This document shows positions 24,513 through 36,659 of a stretch of 64,000 nucleotides of DNA, in pieces. Position 1 is the first letter of the stretch, and each line of letters starts with the position of its first letter. Position numbers and translations under genes: made by a program. Source of the DNA: the human T2T-CHM13v2.0 reference genome, Homo sapiens. The notes under the pieces are model-generated. The model was not told where the DNA came from. It searched no databases and saw nothing but the letters and a program-made list of their open reading frames with translations. The stretch is taken from NCBI RefSeq assembly GCF_009914755.1, contig NC_060925.1, one strand, 5' to 3'.

Positions 24513-26300
24513 TTAAACATACTTCATACCTCTTTCTTCTGCCTCATTTCATTCCTTTCAAACAAAAATTTGATGCTTCCCCAGCCAAGCCCCACCCCAC
24601 CCACCCCATACATGTACCAACTAATCTCCCAAAGCCCCTGTGAGGTAGTTTTGCTTCCCGTTTTGCAAAAGAGAAAAATGAAACTTGGAGCTGCTTAGTA
24701 ACCTGCTCAGTTGTCAAAGTCAGCCAGCAAGCAGTGGGTAAAGCCATGTTCAATATGCCACCTCCATAGCCTTCACATAGGGTGCTGTGGGGCTTCTTGC
24801 TCATTAGATTACAACTCTCCTCTTTCTGCAACTTCGCCCAAATTCTTAGCTAGTCCTGACCAAGGCAGGACTTTGGATAGACTTAATTCTTAATCTAGTG
24901 AGTTTGTAGGCTTAAGACTTAACTATGTTCAGTCACCCAACTACCATTAGAATTGCTCCTGCCAAAACATCATGAGATATCTCTACTCAGGGAAACCACT
25001 GGACCCTGTGTAGTCCCCAAGCCACAGCTCATCCTCCTCTCTGCCGAGGTCTCCCTTTCAAGGTTTTCACCCAACCAATGCTCACCTTCAAGTCAGGAGG
25101 CCTGCCCTGAGTTCAGCCCTGCTGGACAACTGTGTCCCAAGGACATATTTCAGAGTAATGAGTGCCTGTTTGGTGTCAGTATTATTCTCTACAAATGTGT
25201 TCTGACTAGCTGGTCAGGCTCTCAATACCCTCTCCTGGAAGACCCATGGGCTTGTCAAGACCTTAGACACTGTAGCCATCCAAGCTGTCACCCAGAGTTG
25301 GCCCCTGGTATAGTGTCCCCGATTTTTATCTATCTGTCCTGGTGGGCAGGGCCCAGGTGAGATTCCAGCCCATTCTTTTCTCTCTCTTCTGTCATCTCCT
25401 TGGAGCCAGGGGCAGAGCATCATGCCTTAAAGCTAAGGCTCATTATTTGTGAAGTAGGTGGGACAGGTAGATTTCATTAATTGTCTCCATTTTCAAAAAT
25501 GAAAGCACAGAGATCTAAGGAAGCTAAGAAGCCTGTCCAAGGTCATGCAGGTCTGATGCAGGATGAAAATCAGGGCTTAGAAAATGTAGATCATTGTGTC
25601 TCTGCATGCCCAATCTGTCTCTTCACTATATAGCCAGACTGTCCCTCCTGGCATCTACAAGCCCATGCCTCCCTATTCAATCAGAAGGACATACAATGAG
25701 GGGAAAGAAAGAATTTTTAAAAAGACAAAATTTTTTCACAATTCAGCACAGCTCTAATCTGACATGACAAGGCCAAGTCCATCTTTTCACACTGACAATT
25801 ACTTAAAGGGCATCGATGCCATGGCACCATTAAAGTAATAGCAAAGATGAATTGTACGACATTGTGGATCAATGTGCTAAGTGTTGTTCAACTTGTTCAA
25901 TGAAATAAAGCATTGAATCATTAACCTTACCAATGTCAATGTATAGTCACTATCAAATTCCACTAAATGAACATCCACGACCCTCATTAAAAAGTGCACT
26001 TTGAAGCAACTAATATATTAATACCTTATTGGCCAATAAGAAAAGGAGAAGCTCTCCAGGGCAGGGTAAAGAATCTGGACAGAAGCTAAGAACATTTGAT
26101 GGAGAGCGGAAGAGTGACAAATGCAAATGTGGAGTTGTGGACTGGATCTGTGATTGAGAAGGAGGTAGAGGGATGAAGAAAGGATTGCAGAGAGCTTTGT
26201 GAGCACTTGCTTCCTTGATAGGCAGGCCTGGTTACAGTAGGCAGAAATTGATGGTGGACTGAAGAAGAAAACTGTAACTTTCCATTTTGTCTTCTTTCAG

Positions 26301-26400
26301 GATATCTTTCTGGTTTAGAAAGGGTTAAATCACTGGGTTTGACCTTAATCCAATTCAGAACCTCAACAAAATGAGAACGTATGTACAAAGAAAGCAGTGG
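26301..26400 (+). other. Candidate 100-nt exon (non-coding or 5'UTR/first-coding)
   Basis: Branch-like CTGTAAC, acceptor TTTTGTCTTCTTTCAG|G and donor TGG|GTAAGT. All three frames contain a stop, but an ATG at 26371 is open to the donor. Confidence 0.4.
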
Positions 26401-27891
26401 GTAAGTGCAGGGTGCATTAGATGGCCTGCCTAAGAAACAGCTGCTGCCTCCTTTTGCCACCTTCCCCACTGTCCTGGGGTGGTGAGAACCCATGAAGTGG
26501 AGAGCCTCTGGCCCTTTGGTGTGGAGACAAAGGCAATGAATGGAATTCCAGGGACTTGAGTTCTGCTTCCAGTTCTGCTCCATTGCAAGAAGTCAGGCAG
26601 GCAATTCCATTCTCTGAGTCTCAGTTTCATTGCTTGTAAAACAAGGGTCTTGGAGGGAAAAGTGGTTTTTAAGCAGGTTTTCTTTTTCTGGGTCTTCAAG
26701 CGTCTGTGGAGGTGATAGGAGCCACTGAAGAAAAAGAAGGGCAAGGAGAAGCAGGAATCTGATCTCTTTCCCTACTCTTTCCAGAGCAGCTCTACTTGCA
26801 TATATTGTGTATTAGGCTTCTGCATAACAGCTCATTGGAAAAATAAACCCCACTGCTACACAAGACAAAACAAACAAGCAAACAAATAAATTTGGAACAA
26901 AAACTCTGAAACTTGTAATCCCCCAAATTCAATAATATTTAACATCAAAATGTACTAGCTGAAAAGTGATAAATGCAGTCCATCATTTAGTCTTTGTATC
27001 TACCGACTGTCAATCAGACTGATTTTTCCCTTCTAACAAGGCTTCTGATTATCTTGGCACCATGTAGAAAGAACTTCATTGTGTCTCCACCATCAGAACA
27101 TGCATTAATGCCTCATGGTCTGATGATAAGCTCCCCAGAGTAGGGTGAGAACATTTGAAAGGGAGCCAAGCATAGTGGGTGAGGAAGGGAAGGGTTCTCC
27201 AGAGGAGGGGTAATGGTGGCTAAAGAGGCAGAGGTGCCAATGCAGAGTGGTGAGGGAGATTGGGCAGCTGGTACGGTGGCAATACACAATTTACAGCCAA
27301 ATAGGATTTTGATTGTCCAGTAATTTCTGAGAACTATTTGCCCAGCTACTCCAAGTTCTGTATTACTTATTGGCTGAATCGGGGGATTTGTTTTTTGTCT
27401 CCATAATGTGTACTAAGTGCCTCAATTATCATTAACTTCTGCTGGGGGTGGCTGATTTTTACTCTTATTCATTCTCCAAACTACCTGCAAATATTCCTCA
27501 AAACCCAAAGAAACTCTTTTAAAAGTTTACATTTTTCTTTCCTGAGCCCGGCTCTGCAGAGGGTCCCCTGAAAGGGCCCATGCTCTCAGTAGCACTCTGG
27601 AGCTCTCTCTTTGGTTACCTGTCTCCATTTGGGGATTTCCAAGTCAAATCTCACAAGAAATGCTTGCACAGAAATCACACAAGTGAACATCATAAAGCTA
27701 AAAATGAAACTGTAGTTATTTATATGTGTTATTTTAGAAAGCAAGTTGAGTATCTTTGAGTCAGGAATGATTATTTTAAAGAATGCTCTTTTACCTGACT
27801 GTGTGCTCTTTGAAGGCAGGAATCATTATCTTTATTTAATTAATTTATTTATATGATAAATATTATTGTTATTGCTATTATGTATTTCTGC

Positions 27892-28055
27892 CAGTGTTTC
27901 CTAGACTTATCTGAGGGTATGAATTGCTTGGGGTGCTTGGACAAAATACATATTCTTAAGCCTGTTTTCTAGAGTTTAAATTAGTAGATGTAGAATGGTT
28001 GCCTAATAATCTGTAATTTTACAAAATGTGTACTTCCATGATTCTTATGATCATA
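27892..28055. mobile_element. MER5-type hAT-Charlie MITE
   Basis: CAGTGTTTCC...GAATTGCTTGGGGTGCTTG...AAAATACATATTC...AATCTGTAATTTTACAA...TGATTCTTATG. Confidence 0.6.
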
Positions 28056-28769
28056 CTGATCTATGTAACTGATTGACCAGTTCCAGTTCCATGATAGTCC
28101 TCAGCAAACGTTTGCAAAGAGTAAGGACATCCAAGGTGCAGGATTAATGACCCAAGTGTAGCCTAATGAGGGAGAGAGGTACCCATGGAAAACACCCAAG
28201 AAGTCATCTGCATTTTCTGAGAGCCCAGTACTGGGTTAGGGGCTGAGCATATTTCATAGACTCGTATCACCCCACCCCCATCTGCTTCCCCAAACTAGAC
28301 ACATAAAGCCTGGGTCTGCTGTAAGCAGATGGTCAATGGATTCAACAGACAGAAATTGAGAACCCCCAAAATACTGCTCCTCTGAGAAACAAGCCGTAGA
28401 TCCCAAGTAGGTAACCAGACTGCTATCCATTTTAGGATGTTTCCAGCTTCTGCTTCCCTGCTTCATCCTGCTTCCTTTCTGCCTCTCTATACAAGTGGAG
28501 TCACTTTCTTGTCCTCCTTTCACCTATAGCAGTCTTCACCCTCATAAGAATCTCTGCTTCATGAAAGAGTAAGATGGTCTGAAGTTGTGCTGTGCTTGCC
28601 TCTTAGGAACACGTTTTAGTAGCGACTTACCTCCCTTCACTCTCCTGTTTGTGTGCCTGTCTCAGCTTGTTGATAAATTACCTGGCTCAGGCTCTGCTGC
28701 ACACATGCCCCCTTGCCCTTGTGATGGCTTCCTGGATCCATGAGATTTTGCGTAGTTTAATGAGATCTG

Positions 28770-29090
28770 TCTGAGCACTGTGCAGTGGGCTAGGGGTTGG
28801 GGATACAACCATGAACAATATACATCCTTCTTGGCTTAGCATCTGGGGAGGAATAAAAGACCAAAGAGCCAGCACAGGATAAATGACGAAAAGTACTAGT
28901 TTAGGATTCAGCACAGAATGCTATGGGAGCTCACAGAATGGGCCTTAACTTAACTCTGGGTGCATCAGAGAAGGCCTCCTGGAGGAGGTGCTATTTGACC
29001 TGCTTCTTAAGGGGTCCGCCAGTCAAAGAAGGGAGCTGGATTGCTGTCTAGGAGAAGGAAACAACATCTAAAGAAGCAAATATTTAAGAA
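28770..29090 (-). mobile_element. L2 fragment
   Basis: CAGAATGCTATGGGAGCTCACAG...TCAGAGAAGGCCTCCTGGAGGAGGTGCTATTTGACCTG. Confidence 0.7.
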
Positions 29091-29380
29091 GCTGTACTCC
29101 CTAAACTGCTGTCTGGCATCTTTGGTCTTGGGCTTTATTGCATTTAGGGAAAAGAGTTCTGGGGTTCAGGAGTCAGAAAACTGTATTTTAATTATTTTTC
29201 TCTTTTTAATTCATTGTATGATCCTGGAAAAGTCATTTCTTTTCTCAGTGCCCCAGGGTTATCTTCTGTAGGGAGCTTGGAGAAAATAATCTTTAAAGCA
29301 TTTTCCAGTTATTCTACTCTGAATCTTCCTGAAATACATGCGTTGTCACTTAGCATGGTGAATTTTTCCACTCTCTGAGT

Positions 29381-29382
<2 letters not shown>

Positions 29383-29413
<31 letters not shown>
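29383..29413. repeat. (TG)n microsatellite
   Basis: Direct read. Confidence 0.95.
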
Positions 29414-29417
<4 letters not shown>

Positions 29418-29551
29418 ATGGGTGCACATGTGCCTTCATGAATGTATGTGTTGGTAAGGCCTATCTATGTATGGGTGCCTTTGTTGTGGAATTAAGACTA
29501 TATGTCTGGGGGAAGACACATCTGTTTTTTAAACAAGACAATACAGTGCAT

Positions 29552-29553
<2 letters not shown>

Positions 29554-29597
<44 letters not shown>
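29554..29597. repeat. (CA)n microsatellite
   Basis: Direct read. Confidence 0.95.
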
Positions 29598-29604
<7 letters not shown>

Positions 29605-30494
29605 GCAGAGTCCACAGCCCATGAGGAGTAGGGGGAGTGAAGAGTGGGTGAAGGAGAGCAGAGCATGGGGCTGTCACAGCCCATGGCTTAAAAATGGCTT
29701 GAGTTGCAATTAAAAAAGACAGAGGCCAAAGGTTACTCCCTGGCATTTCACTCAGGTTAGATAATTTTAGAGGGTGATGTGTCTCATCTTGTAGAGATAT
29801 TCTGAGAGACTTGCAACAGCTTATGTCTAGCTAGCCTGAAATGAAAATCAAAGAGGCCGACACATACAAAGACACTAGAGAGAAGTAGTGCTTTGGCAGA
29901 CATTGAATGGAGGCAAACTCCACTTGATTGGCATTGCTCTTGCATCCTTACTTCTTGATTAATAGTAGAGATTAGATAATTTTTAAATTATTAATTTTTC
30001 CAGAAAGCATATATTATATTAGGTAGTCTTAGGCAGTTTAGTCACTGGGAAGGTTAAATGCTCTCTTTACTTGATAATTACCTAATCACCATTACTCTTT
30101 TACATTAATTCTGCCCCAGAATTCATTATGATTGGGCTGGGTTATTAAAGCTTGCATGGAAAGAAATAAAGCATCCTGTTGTTTGCATTGATTTAGTAGC
30201 AAATGAAATACCCTACTAATACCAAGCTTATCCAGAACAATCTGGAATAGTTTCTCCTGCCAGTTCGTTAAATTTGCTCCTGGATTCACCTTTGTGTGTC
30301 CACTAGCAAGAAGTGCAAATGGAAATGCAGATGAGTCCCTACCTAGGGAGGTCTGAGGCCAAGAGGGAAATAACCTGCAAGAGAGGAAGTTGAAAGCAAT
30401 TAAAGAAGGGCTTGCCTCTCTCCAGAATGTCAGAGGCTCTTCTGGAGAAGCTGCTGTTTTCCCTCAAACCCTCTTCATGGTCCACTGCTAACAG

Positions 30495-30660
30495 GTCTCC
30501 CAAGTGAACACATCTGTTATCTTTGTCCTTTTGGCAAAACTGTTTGCTGAATCAATGTCAGTGCAGCCAAGTGAGGGCAGAAACCCCTCAGATGGCCTTG
30601 GTCAAGACAAGAATTCGTGGGAGCTGCAAACGGGGACAAATAAAAATCGCAGTCACAAAG
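30495..30660 (+). other. Candidate 166-nt exon
   Basis: Acceptor CACTGCTAACAG|G after a pyrimidine-rich stretch, strong donor AAG|GTAAGC, one open frame. The acceptor choice is uncertain. Confidence 0.25.
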
Positions 30661-31196
30661 GTAAGCTTGGCTTTTGCAAAAGCTCCCCTTGGCTGAAATG
30701 ACGATGAATGCTAACCCCTTATGTGGGCAATGGAGTAGGAAAATAGGGAATCTCACAGGCAGCTTTGGGTTATATAAATTGGAATAAGCCTTCTGGAGGG
30801 CAATTTGGCAAAATGTGTTAATGACCTTAAGAAGGTGCTCATCGTTTGACTTAATATTTTTATGTTTGGAAATGCACAAATATATGTGCCTAAAATATTA
30901 AAATATTAGTAACAAACTTGCCCACTGAATTATAGAGAGTTGATTACATTAATTGTGGTTTATCTACATGATATGATACTTCCACTCTTCAAAAATCAAA
31001 TTATGTTTTATTTATTGATATTGAAAAATGTTTCTCATCTATCTGCAAATTTTCTTTTAAAAACAGCGGCTTCAAAAAAGTTACTTTCATCTTAAAAGTC
31101 TCATAATAACATGCACTGCAAAAGTATGCAAAGAAAGACATAAGCTGTGATATTAACATTGATTATCACTGGATGGTGGATACTGAATAATTTTAA

Positions 31197-31508
<312 letters not shown>

Positions 31509-31819
31509 TTGTTTGTTTGTTTGTTTTTGAGACAGGGTCTCACTCTGCCACCCAGGCTGGAGTACGGTGGGATGATCATGGCTCATTGCAGCCTCAATTT
31601 CTATGGCTCAGGCAATCCTCCCAACTCACCCTCCAGAGCCGCTGGGACTACAGATGTGTGTCAGCATGCCTGACTCATTTTTATGTTTGTTTTTGTTTTT
31701 TGTAGAGATGGGCTTTCACCATGTTGCTCAGGCTAGTCTGGAATTCCTGGGTTCAAGCCATCTGCCCTCCTTGGCCTCCCAAAGTGCTGGGATTACAGGC
31801 ATGAGCCATGGAACCCAGC
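31509..31819 (-). mobile_element. AluJ
   Basis: GAGACAGGGTCTCACTCTG...GATCATGGCTCATTGCAGCCTC...TGTAGAGATGGG; TSD TAATTTTAATTTCT (31188-31201) / TAATTTTGGTTTCT (31820-31833). Confidence 0.92.
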
Positions 31820-32082
31820 TAATTTTGGTTTCTCTGAGTTTTGTTTTTTCAAGGTTTCCAAATTTTTGATAATTAGGACACATTGCCCTTTTAGTTAGAA
31901 AATACGCAACAAACTTTATATTTGTCTTTTCAGGTTTTAACTTAGCCCAATAAATGCTGAGATAAACTCATAGAATGTCTGCAAGAGTTAAACATAATCT
32001 AAATTATTTAGGAAATATCCAGATCATCTGAACAATAGCAATACTGGAGTTCTGAACAGTTGGTTAGCACATATCCATTTTA

Positions 32083-32421
<339 letters not shown>

Positions 32422-33429
32422 TCATTTTTTGCCTTTTGGAGAAATCACACAGGGAAAGAGGAAGGGGCGGGGTCATCAGGGAAGCAAGATTCTAGTCCTC
32501 GCTCCAACTCTAACTGGGCTCGGGCTTCCTCATTTGTGATGTGAAGATTCTGGGCCACATGATTTTTCAGGTTTCCCCACATCTAAAGTTTTAGGATGCT
32601 ATGGTTTAAATCTACATTGAGAACTGCTGCTCAGAGGGTTGAAATTCAGCTTCTCTAAGCATGAAGATGTTGTGGCAAAATTGAATTCTCCCAAGAAAGA
32701 AATAGCTACAGTGAGTCTTTGAACTCAGACAAGAATTCCTTTTGCCCGTAGGAGAATCAAGATCTCAAATGGAACTGCTTTGATTCCCTGAACCAACCCT
32801 TACTTTGGTTTCAACTAAGAGATTATATTTAAATAGAAATCAAACTTGAATATTTTTAGTTCTATTGAATATTAAATCTACATAGTCTCTGAATTGAATC
32901 ATAATTTTCTTTGTCATTATAGCAGACACTATCAGGTGACTACTCCCAAATCCATATCTTCTGGTCATGGCTGTGTGAGGAGATGATGCTGAAAGTGCTT
33001 TAGTCATCTTGGACCATGGACCAAAAAACCTTAGGGCAAATGCTAATATTCTGGAAATTGAAAAAGAAAATGAATGTGAAAGCTTAAATCTCTGAGCAGC
33101 CATATTAACAAATTCTAGAAATGCCTGGCTATAGCCTTATTATTTGGGATAACAAACACCTTTTTTTAGCTGACTTTTCTGTAACTTAAAGCTTGAAGGA
33201 TCTGAACTGGCCTCTACCTTTCTTAATTACTTCTTATTTAGCTAGGGAAATAGTTGGTGGTCAAAATATTTAAAAATGTCACATGATAAAGTGCTAAAAA
33301 TGTACTAGGTATCAAAACATACTTTAGAGCTATAGTATTTAAACAGTGTGGTACTGATGGATAGGTAAAGACAAAATCCAGGTATGGATCCATGTATATA
33401 TAGGAATTTAGTGACAGAGTGACCTCATG

Positions 33430-33645
33430 GCAAGACGATTAAAAATGCATCCTCTAAAATTATACTGTCTAGTTTTAAATCCTGGCCCCAGCTGATTATT
33501 AGCTGTACAATCATAAAATAGTCATTTAAATTTTCTAAGTTTTACTTTCCTCTTCTATAAAACATGAATAATAATATCTATCATAGAGGCTTGTTGTGGG
33601 GATAAAGTAAAATATGTAAGGATTTTAGCAAATCAAAAACGTGCT
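33430..33645 (+). mobile_element. MIR
   Basis: TTAAATCCTGGCCCCAGC...ATTAGCTGTAC...TTTCCTCTTCTATAAAA...TTGTTGTGGGGATAAA. Confidence 0.65.
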
Positions 33646-33741
33646 GAATTTTTTGGTACTTAGTACATCGTAGAAGGTATATTGGCACCATGTAGGCGTC
33701 ACTTCAAAATTCTCTTTAACTATCTCTTATTATGGACTCAT

Positions 33742-33963
33742 GCTCTCTCATAGGTAGCCACAAGTCACATGTGGCGATGTGTGTTTAAATTTAAATTAAT
33801 TAATCAAATTTAAATAAAATTAATCAAAAATAAAAAATTCAGTTTCTTAGTTTTGCTAGCTGCATTTTGATAGCTTAACAGGTGTATGTGGCTAGCAACT
33901 ACCACACAGGACAGCTCAGATCTAGACCATTTCTGTTTTCATAGAAAGTGTTGACAGTGTTGT
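33742..33963 (-). mobile_element. MER3 (hAT-Charlie)
   Basis: GGTAGCCACAAGTCACATGTGGC...TTTAAATTTAAATTAATTAA...ATGTGGCTAGCAACTACC...TAGACCATTTC...AGAAAGT. Confidence 0.85.
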
Positions 33964-34029
33964 TCAAGAGCTTTCTGCGCAGCCATTTCAATGTGTTGTA
34001 AATTTTGGCCGGCTTCATGCAGATACAAT

Positions 34030-34450
34030 CAGACAGCACTTGCTTCTGGCCCCTATTACTCACCCTTTCTGCAGGACATTGTGTGGAATGCAGGTGAGAA
34101 TATATTATGCACTCATACATGCCCAACCTGGAATTGTAGGGAGTTAGCGTCTGTATGGCAACCCTTGAGCAATGAGGGATGGGAGTCAAGGGGTAAATGC
34201 TTTGCTCCTATTATTCCAGTGTATTTAGTAATATTCCCAGAATATTTAGTAAGGCTTCTCAGAAGATCCAGGGTAATTCTGCAAAGGTTGCCCATGGGAG
34301 TGGTTGACTTGAAAGCATATTTATGTATTGACTTTCTCTCCTCCCAGGTGTCACTTACCACTTAAGAATGCCTGTTTCTTGGGCTCACATTTCCAAATAC
34401 ATTCAAGCTTTTATCCCAGGTTCTGCTTTCAGAGAATGCAGGCTATAACA
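34030..34450 (+). mobile_element. ERVL LTR16-like LTR remnant
   Basis: GGGAGTTAGC...GGCAACCCTTGAGCAATGAGGGATGGGAGTCA and a terminal CAGGTTCTGCTTTCAGAGAATGCAGGCTATAACA. Confidence 0.6.
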
Positions 34451-35275
34451 GAAAGTATATAATAAAATGTTAGCTCATATCTTTACTGCCAATTAGTAGG
34501 AAAAATGACAGAACAATTGGTAAGTGGTATTTAAGTATCAGCAGACCATTCTGCTTTTCATTTTCATAGATGAAAAAATTACATTTATATCAAGCTCACA
34601 GATATTCTCTGTGGATTAAAGAAAAAAATTACAATGTTACAAAAGTACTAGAAGAAAATATCAGAATACTCTTTATAATCTTGGACTATGAAAAGCCTTC
34701 TAAACAGACATTCAGAATAAATAAAATATATATAGGACTAATTAAATTAAATTTTAATAATTTGTATAGGGCAAAATATAACACAAACGGAAACCTAAGA
34801 ATTTAGGTATACTATAGACAATGGATTAATTGCTTTAATATAAAGATAGATTCTAAAAATTTACAAATCAATTTTTAAAATACCATATAAGCAACCTAGC
34901 ACTCTGACTGGCACATCGTGGATGTTTTAGAAATGCTTGTTGGATGAATAAACAACCCCACAGAATAATGGGCAAAGCATTTAAAAATTCACTGAAGCAA
35001 ATGGGGTGTAAACATATTATCTTCAATTCCACTAGGGATCAGAGGAATAGCTATTAAGCAAGATACAATTTTCTTTCTACCCCCCCGAGATTGGTAGAAA
35101 TATAAAGGATTGATGATTTCTGGTTAATGAAGGTGTAGGGGGAAACAGCGCTGCTATACACTGTTAGTGGGTGTAAAAACTGATAGGACTTAATGCAGGA
35201 CAATTTTGCAATATTCATCAAAATTTAAGACGAACACATCCTTTGACCCTTACATTCTACTTTAAGGAACCCATC

Positions 35276-35719
35276 TGTCTTCGTCTGTTTGGGCTGCCAT
35301 AATAAAATACCTTTAACTGGGTCATTTATAAACAATAGAAATGTATTGCTCACAATTCTGGATGCTGAGAAATCCAAGATCCAGGCACCAACAGATATGG
35401 CGTCTGGTGAGGGTTTGCTCTCTGCTTCTTAAATGGTGCCTTGTTGCTGTGTCCTCACATGGAGGAAGGGATGAACACTCTTGTTGCTGTGTCCTCACAT
35501 GGTAGAAGGGAAAAACTCTGTGTCCTCCAATGGCGAAAGGGGTGGGAGGGACTAGGGGACTGCCTTCAGCCTCTCTTATAAGGACACTAATCCCATTCAT
35601 GAGGGCAGAGTCCTCATGACTTAATCACTTTCCTTAAGACCCCACTTCTCAATACCCTAACATTGGACATTTGTTCCCAAATATCAATCTGGGGGAACAC
35701 CATCTTCCAGACTATAGCA
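35276..35719 (-). mobile_element. MaLR solo LTR (MSTC/MSTD-like)
   Basis: TG...CA ends; TTATAAACAATAGAAATGTATTGCTCACAATTCTGG and TTATAAGGACACTAATCCCATTCATGAGGGCAGAG. Confidence 0.85.
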
Positions 35720-35910
35720 GTATCCTTAAAAAAATTGCAAAGGTAAGTGTACAATAATATGTATAAGAATTCTTAGTACTGGTTAGCATATCAGAAAATT
35801 GAAGAAGACTGAATGTTCAAGTTTTAGGGAATGAGAAATTATAGCATAACAAAACTATAGAATATTAGGTAGCTATTAAGAAACTGAAGTAGGTTCAGTA
35901 GGATGCCCAT

Positions 35911-36659
35911 TGTTATGGGTTGAATTGGATCCCTCTAAAAAGATAATGTTGAAGTCTTAATCCCCAGTACTGCGGAATGTGGTCTTACTTGGAAATAGGA
36001 TCTTCACAGAGGCAATTAAATGAAAATGAGGTCATTAGTATGGGCCCTAATCCAATGCAACGACTGTTCCTACAAAAAGGGGAAATTGGCTGGGTGTGGT
36101 GGCTCATGCCTGTAATCCTAGCACTTTGAGAGGCTGAGGTGGGTGGATCACAAGGTCAGGAGTTCACAACCAACCTGGCCAAGATGGTGAAACCACATCT
36201 CTACTAAAAATACAAAAATTAGCCCAGCGTGGTGGCAGGTACCTGTAATCCCAGCTACTTGGGAGGCTGAGGCAGAGGATTGCTTGAACCCAGGAGGTGG
36301 AGTTTACAGTGAGCCAAGATCGTGCCACTGTACTCCAGCTTGGGTGACAGAGCAAGATTCCATCTCAAAAAAGAGGAAAATTTAAACAAAGAGATAGACA
36401 GGCATAGAAGGAAGATTATGGTAAGATGCACAGGGAGAAGCTGGTCATGTAACTGGAGTGATGTGTCTACAAGCCAGGGAACAAAAGAAGTTAGAAGAGG
36501 CAAGGAAGCAGTCTTCCCTAGAGCTGTCAGAGAGAGCTGGCCCTGCTGCCATCTTGATTTCTGACTCCTAGCCTTCATTACTGTGAGAGAATACATTCGT
36601 GTTGTTTAAGCCACCCAGATTTTGGCACTTCGTTATGGTGATCCTAGCACACTGATACA
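35911..36659 (+). mobile_element. MLT1C-like solo LTR, interrupted by Alu
   Basis: TGTTATGGGTTGAATTG...TGTTGTTTAAGCCACCCAG...CTGATACA; perfect 5-bp TSD CCCAT (35906-35910 / 36660-36664). Confidence 0.9.
36088..36372 (+). mobile_element. AluS (Sg-like)
   Basis: GATCACAAGGTCAGGAGTTC...CCTGGCCAAGATGGTG; TSD AAAAAGGGGAAATT / AAAAGAGGAAAATT. Confidence 0.93.
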
